DNA of 64,000 nucleotides from Ginglymostoma cirratum (lineage: Eukaryota): assembly GCA_024137785.1 (NCBI GenBank), contig JAHRHZ010000069.1, forward strand, positions 6,041,734 through 6,105,733, written 5' to 3'. The translations under genes and the position numbers were made by a program. Positions within the stretch are counted from its first letter, which is position 1; every line of letters starts with the position of its first letter. The notes under the pieces are model-generated. The model was not told where the DNA came from and made no database searches. It was given only the letters and a program-made list of their open reading frames with translations. Positions 61,691-64,000 of the stretch are shown piece by piece.

Positions 61691-62689
61691 GATGGCTTAA
61701 AAGGGTCTCAATTGATTCTCCCAGTTGTTGAGATCTGATAATGTTACAAGGACTGAGATGTAGTGAGGTAGAAGAGCCCTAGATCTTGAAGAAGATAGAG
61801 GTACTATGATAGGTCTCTGAATCTTTGTACCAATGTCTGTCATACCATGTAACCCGTTGCTCATTGCTATCAAGCAGCAAACTACATTTTGTTTAAGGCG
61901 AGTGTCTTCTCATTTGATGACCTAGTCACATTCCTCTACTGTGCTAGACAAAGCAGGCCTGGTGTATCCAAACCTAACAGGAGAATGGCAGAAAATTGAC
62001 CTTGTGTACAGTAAAAATCCAGTTAGCTCATACACTACGTTGCCAGTGATGATCACCTGACCATTTAATTTAGCCACACTGTTACAACACCATTGTCCCT
62101 AAGCACGAATGTGTTGTAGTGACTGTATTTGTGTTTTTCCTTCTTTCTGTCAAAGCTTTCTTTGTGCTTTTACTCTGCAGTTATTTCTAAGTTGTAGTTT
62201 GGCTCCTGAATCTTCTGAGGTTACATTCTCACCCTTCTGGGGTTTTCCCAACTCTGACTTGTGCTCAGAGTTTTGAGGTTCTTTTTCTGCTTTGAATCTT
62301 TTCTTCCGACTGTTTTTGTGCAAAGTCTTTCATGTTCTGCTCTGCCTTTTGGGGGTTTTCCTGATTTTAGCTGTGTCCCGAGGACTCCTATTTAACTTCA
62401 GATTCTGGCTTTGCAGGTTTCTCTAGCTGTCACCATTCTATGCTTTAGGGTAACAAACTACAAGCATTGTTTGATCCTTCACTTTCACATTGCTAGGCAA
62501 TGGGTGCCTAGATAGAATCTCTCTTTATCCTAGGATAAGACTCTTCTACTCCTGATGAATATCTGCTCATTAAAGATTATTAAATCCAACTCCAGGTATG
62601 CCATTGTCAATGAATACAGCAGCGCATCTGTTGAAGATTTAGTCCTAGTTTAATGATGCGAAACCTCGGAGTCACAGCTCGGTCTGCTG

Positions 62690-63840
62690 ATTACATTCTG
62701 GAAGAGGGATTCCAGTTGCCCTAAGTGCATTTCCCAGGAGTTCCTGTATACCAGGAGATTATCTAAACTGCAATTGGATAAACCTTCTACTACCTGCTTT
62801 CATTAGCCTTTGAAAGGTGGCTGGGTCACTTGACTCTGGCTAGTATAACCCATTCGGAGTTACAAGATGGAGACTTCTTTTGCAAGGGTAGTCAATCAAA
62901 CCTGCCAATGCCCCTTGAGTATATCTATTTTGGTAATGTAAGCTGCTTTACCTGCCCTACCTATTTTAATCTTCATCCCAGGATTGGGACAGGTGCCTGT
63001 TCTGATTGCTGCACTAACTTTGCAGTGTTCAATGCAGGACCCTGTGGAGCCATTTGGTTTGGGAAACTGTTGGGTTTTATCATTTGGCAGTCCAGCTTGC
63101 AGGTACTCTTCTGAACTTGGGCCAGACTTACTGGGCTGAACTGATAGAGGTGTTGGCTTTTGGGAGGGCCCTCTCTCTCATCCATATGTAAAGTGAAGGT
63201 GAAAATCTTATTGGGTTCTGCATAAACCCTTCAATACAGTGAGCAGCCTTGCTTAGCCTTCTCTGTTTTTGTACCTAGGTGGATGAATAAAGTTTGCTAG
63301 TATTTCTGTATTGGTTAGCTAGTTAGGGGCCTCGATTTACCCACTTCCCTGTTAATTCATCGCTATCATCTACTCATCCTCTAGGTTAGTAGCAATGGTG
63401 CTGCCTTTAATAACTTGCTCATCTTGCTGGTGGTATTATTTTATCATAGTCATAGAGAAGTACGGTATGGAACCAGACCCTTTGGTCCAACTTCTACATG
63501 CTGACCTAGATAAATGTAGTCCCATTTGGCAGCATTTGCCCCATATCCCTCTAAATCCTTCCTATTCATAGTGACATGACACAGTCTTTTGTTTTATTTC
63601 CCTGATCAGGCATCTCTAGCAGATTCATTTCGGGGCTTCTTGGCTATCGTCCGTATTGGCCACTGAACCAGGTCTTTAAACAATCCTTTGGTTAGGAGCA
63701 CTAACATGCAGCCTCCCGATTGAAAGGTTTGACGCCCTGACATTTTGTCTGCTTTTAGTTTTGTTGTCATTTGGGAGACTTTCGAGTGTTCTTGGACCAC
63801 TTCACAGGCTCATTAGGGTTGCTTTTGAACTATGTAGTGG
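62690..63840 (-). mobile_element. Gmr1-like Gypsy LTR retrotransposon pol relic (integrase C-terminus upstream of RT)
   Basis: In minus-strand order: QEHSKVSQMTTKLKADK...FSGQY...RLCHVTMIK, then SQHLYQFSPVSLAQVQK, PKPNGST..CIEHCKV, GKAAYITKIDILKGHWQV and LDNLLVY..SWEMHL. Confidence 0.85.
63443..63570 (-). mobile_element. CR1 3' end nested in the Gypsy integrase
   Basis: TCATAGTCATAGAG...CCCATATCCCTCTAAATCCTTCCTATTCATA; the Gypsy reading frame resumes on both sides. Confidence 0.85.
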
Positions 63841-63852
63841 ATTCTGACACGG

Positions 63853-64000
63853 AGTCATAGAATCATACAGCACAGAAACAGGTCCTTTGGTCCAAATGAA
63901 ACTAGTCCCACCTGAGTGCTCTTCGCTCATATCGCTCAACATTTCGTATCTAAATGTCTTTTAAATGTTGAAACTGTACACGCATCTGCCACTTCATCTG
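63853..64000 (-). mobile_element. CR1 3' end (runs off the window)
   Basis: AGTCATAGAATCATACAGCACAGAAACAGG...TCTAAATGTCTTTTAAATGTTG, as at 28538-28700. Confidence 0.85.

Noticed and set aside
1-64000. CRISPR array, operons, rRNA genes
   Set aside because: No regularly spaced direct repeats, gene-dense blocks or rRNA-like sequence were seen.

Overview
This is vertebrate nuclear DNA, not prokaryotic. The repeat complement (HER1-type CR1 LINEs, HE1-type SINEs, DeuSINE/SacSINE1-like SINEs, many Penelope-like elements) points to a cartilaginous fish, probably a shark. That assignment comes from family recognition without a database search. The window is a transposon-rich intronic or intergenic stretch, and I cannot identify a host protein-coding gene. 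The only long ORF (2004-3881) is the RT of a young, 5'-truncated CR1 LINE; almost all other listed ORFs are decayed TE fragments or chance ORFs. The most notable signals are: (1) many Penelope-derived termini carrying minimal hammerhead-ribozyme (HHR) motifs, arranged as solo copies, back-to-back palindromes and one tandem 'retrozyme-like' unit; (2) a Gmr1-type Gypsy relic with integrase upstream of RT; (3) a Penelope copy with a 5' inversion splitting the GIY-YIG domain; (4) Vingi/Ingi, RTE and Harbinger fossils; (5) several well-formed + strand microexon candidates of an unknown host gene. Repeat boundaries are approximate (about +/-20-50 bp) unless a TSD is given.
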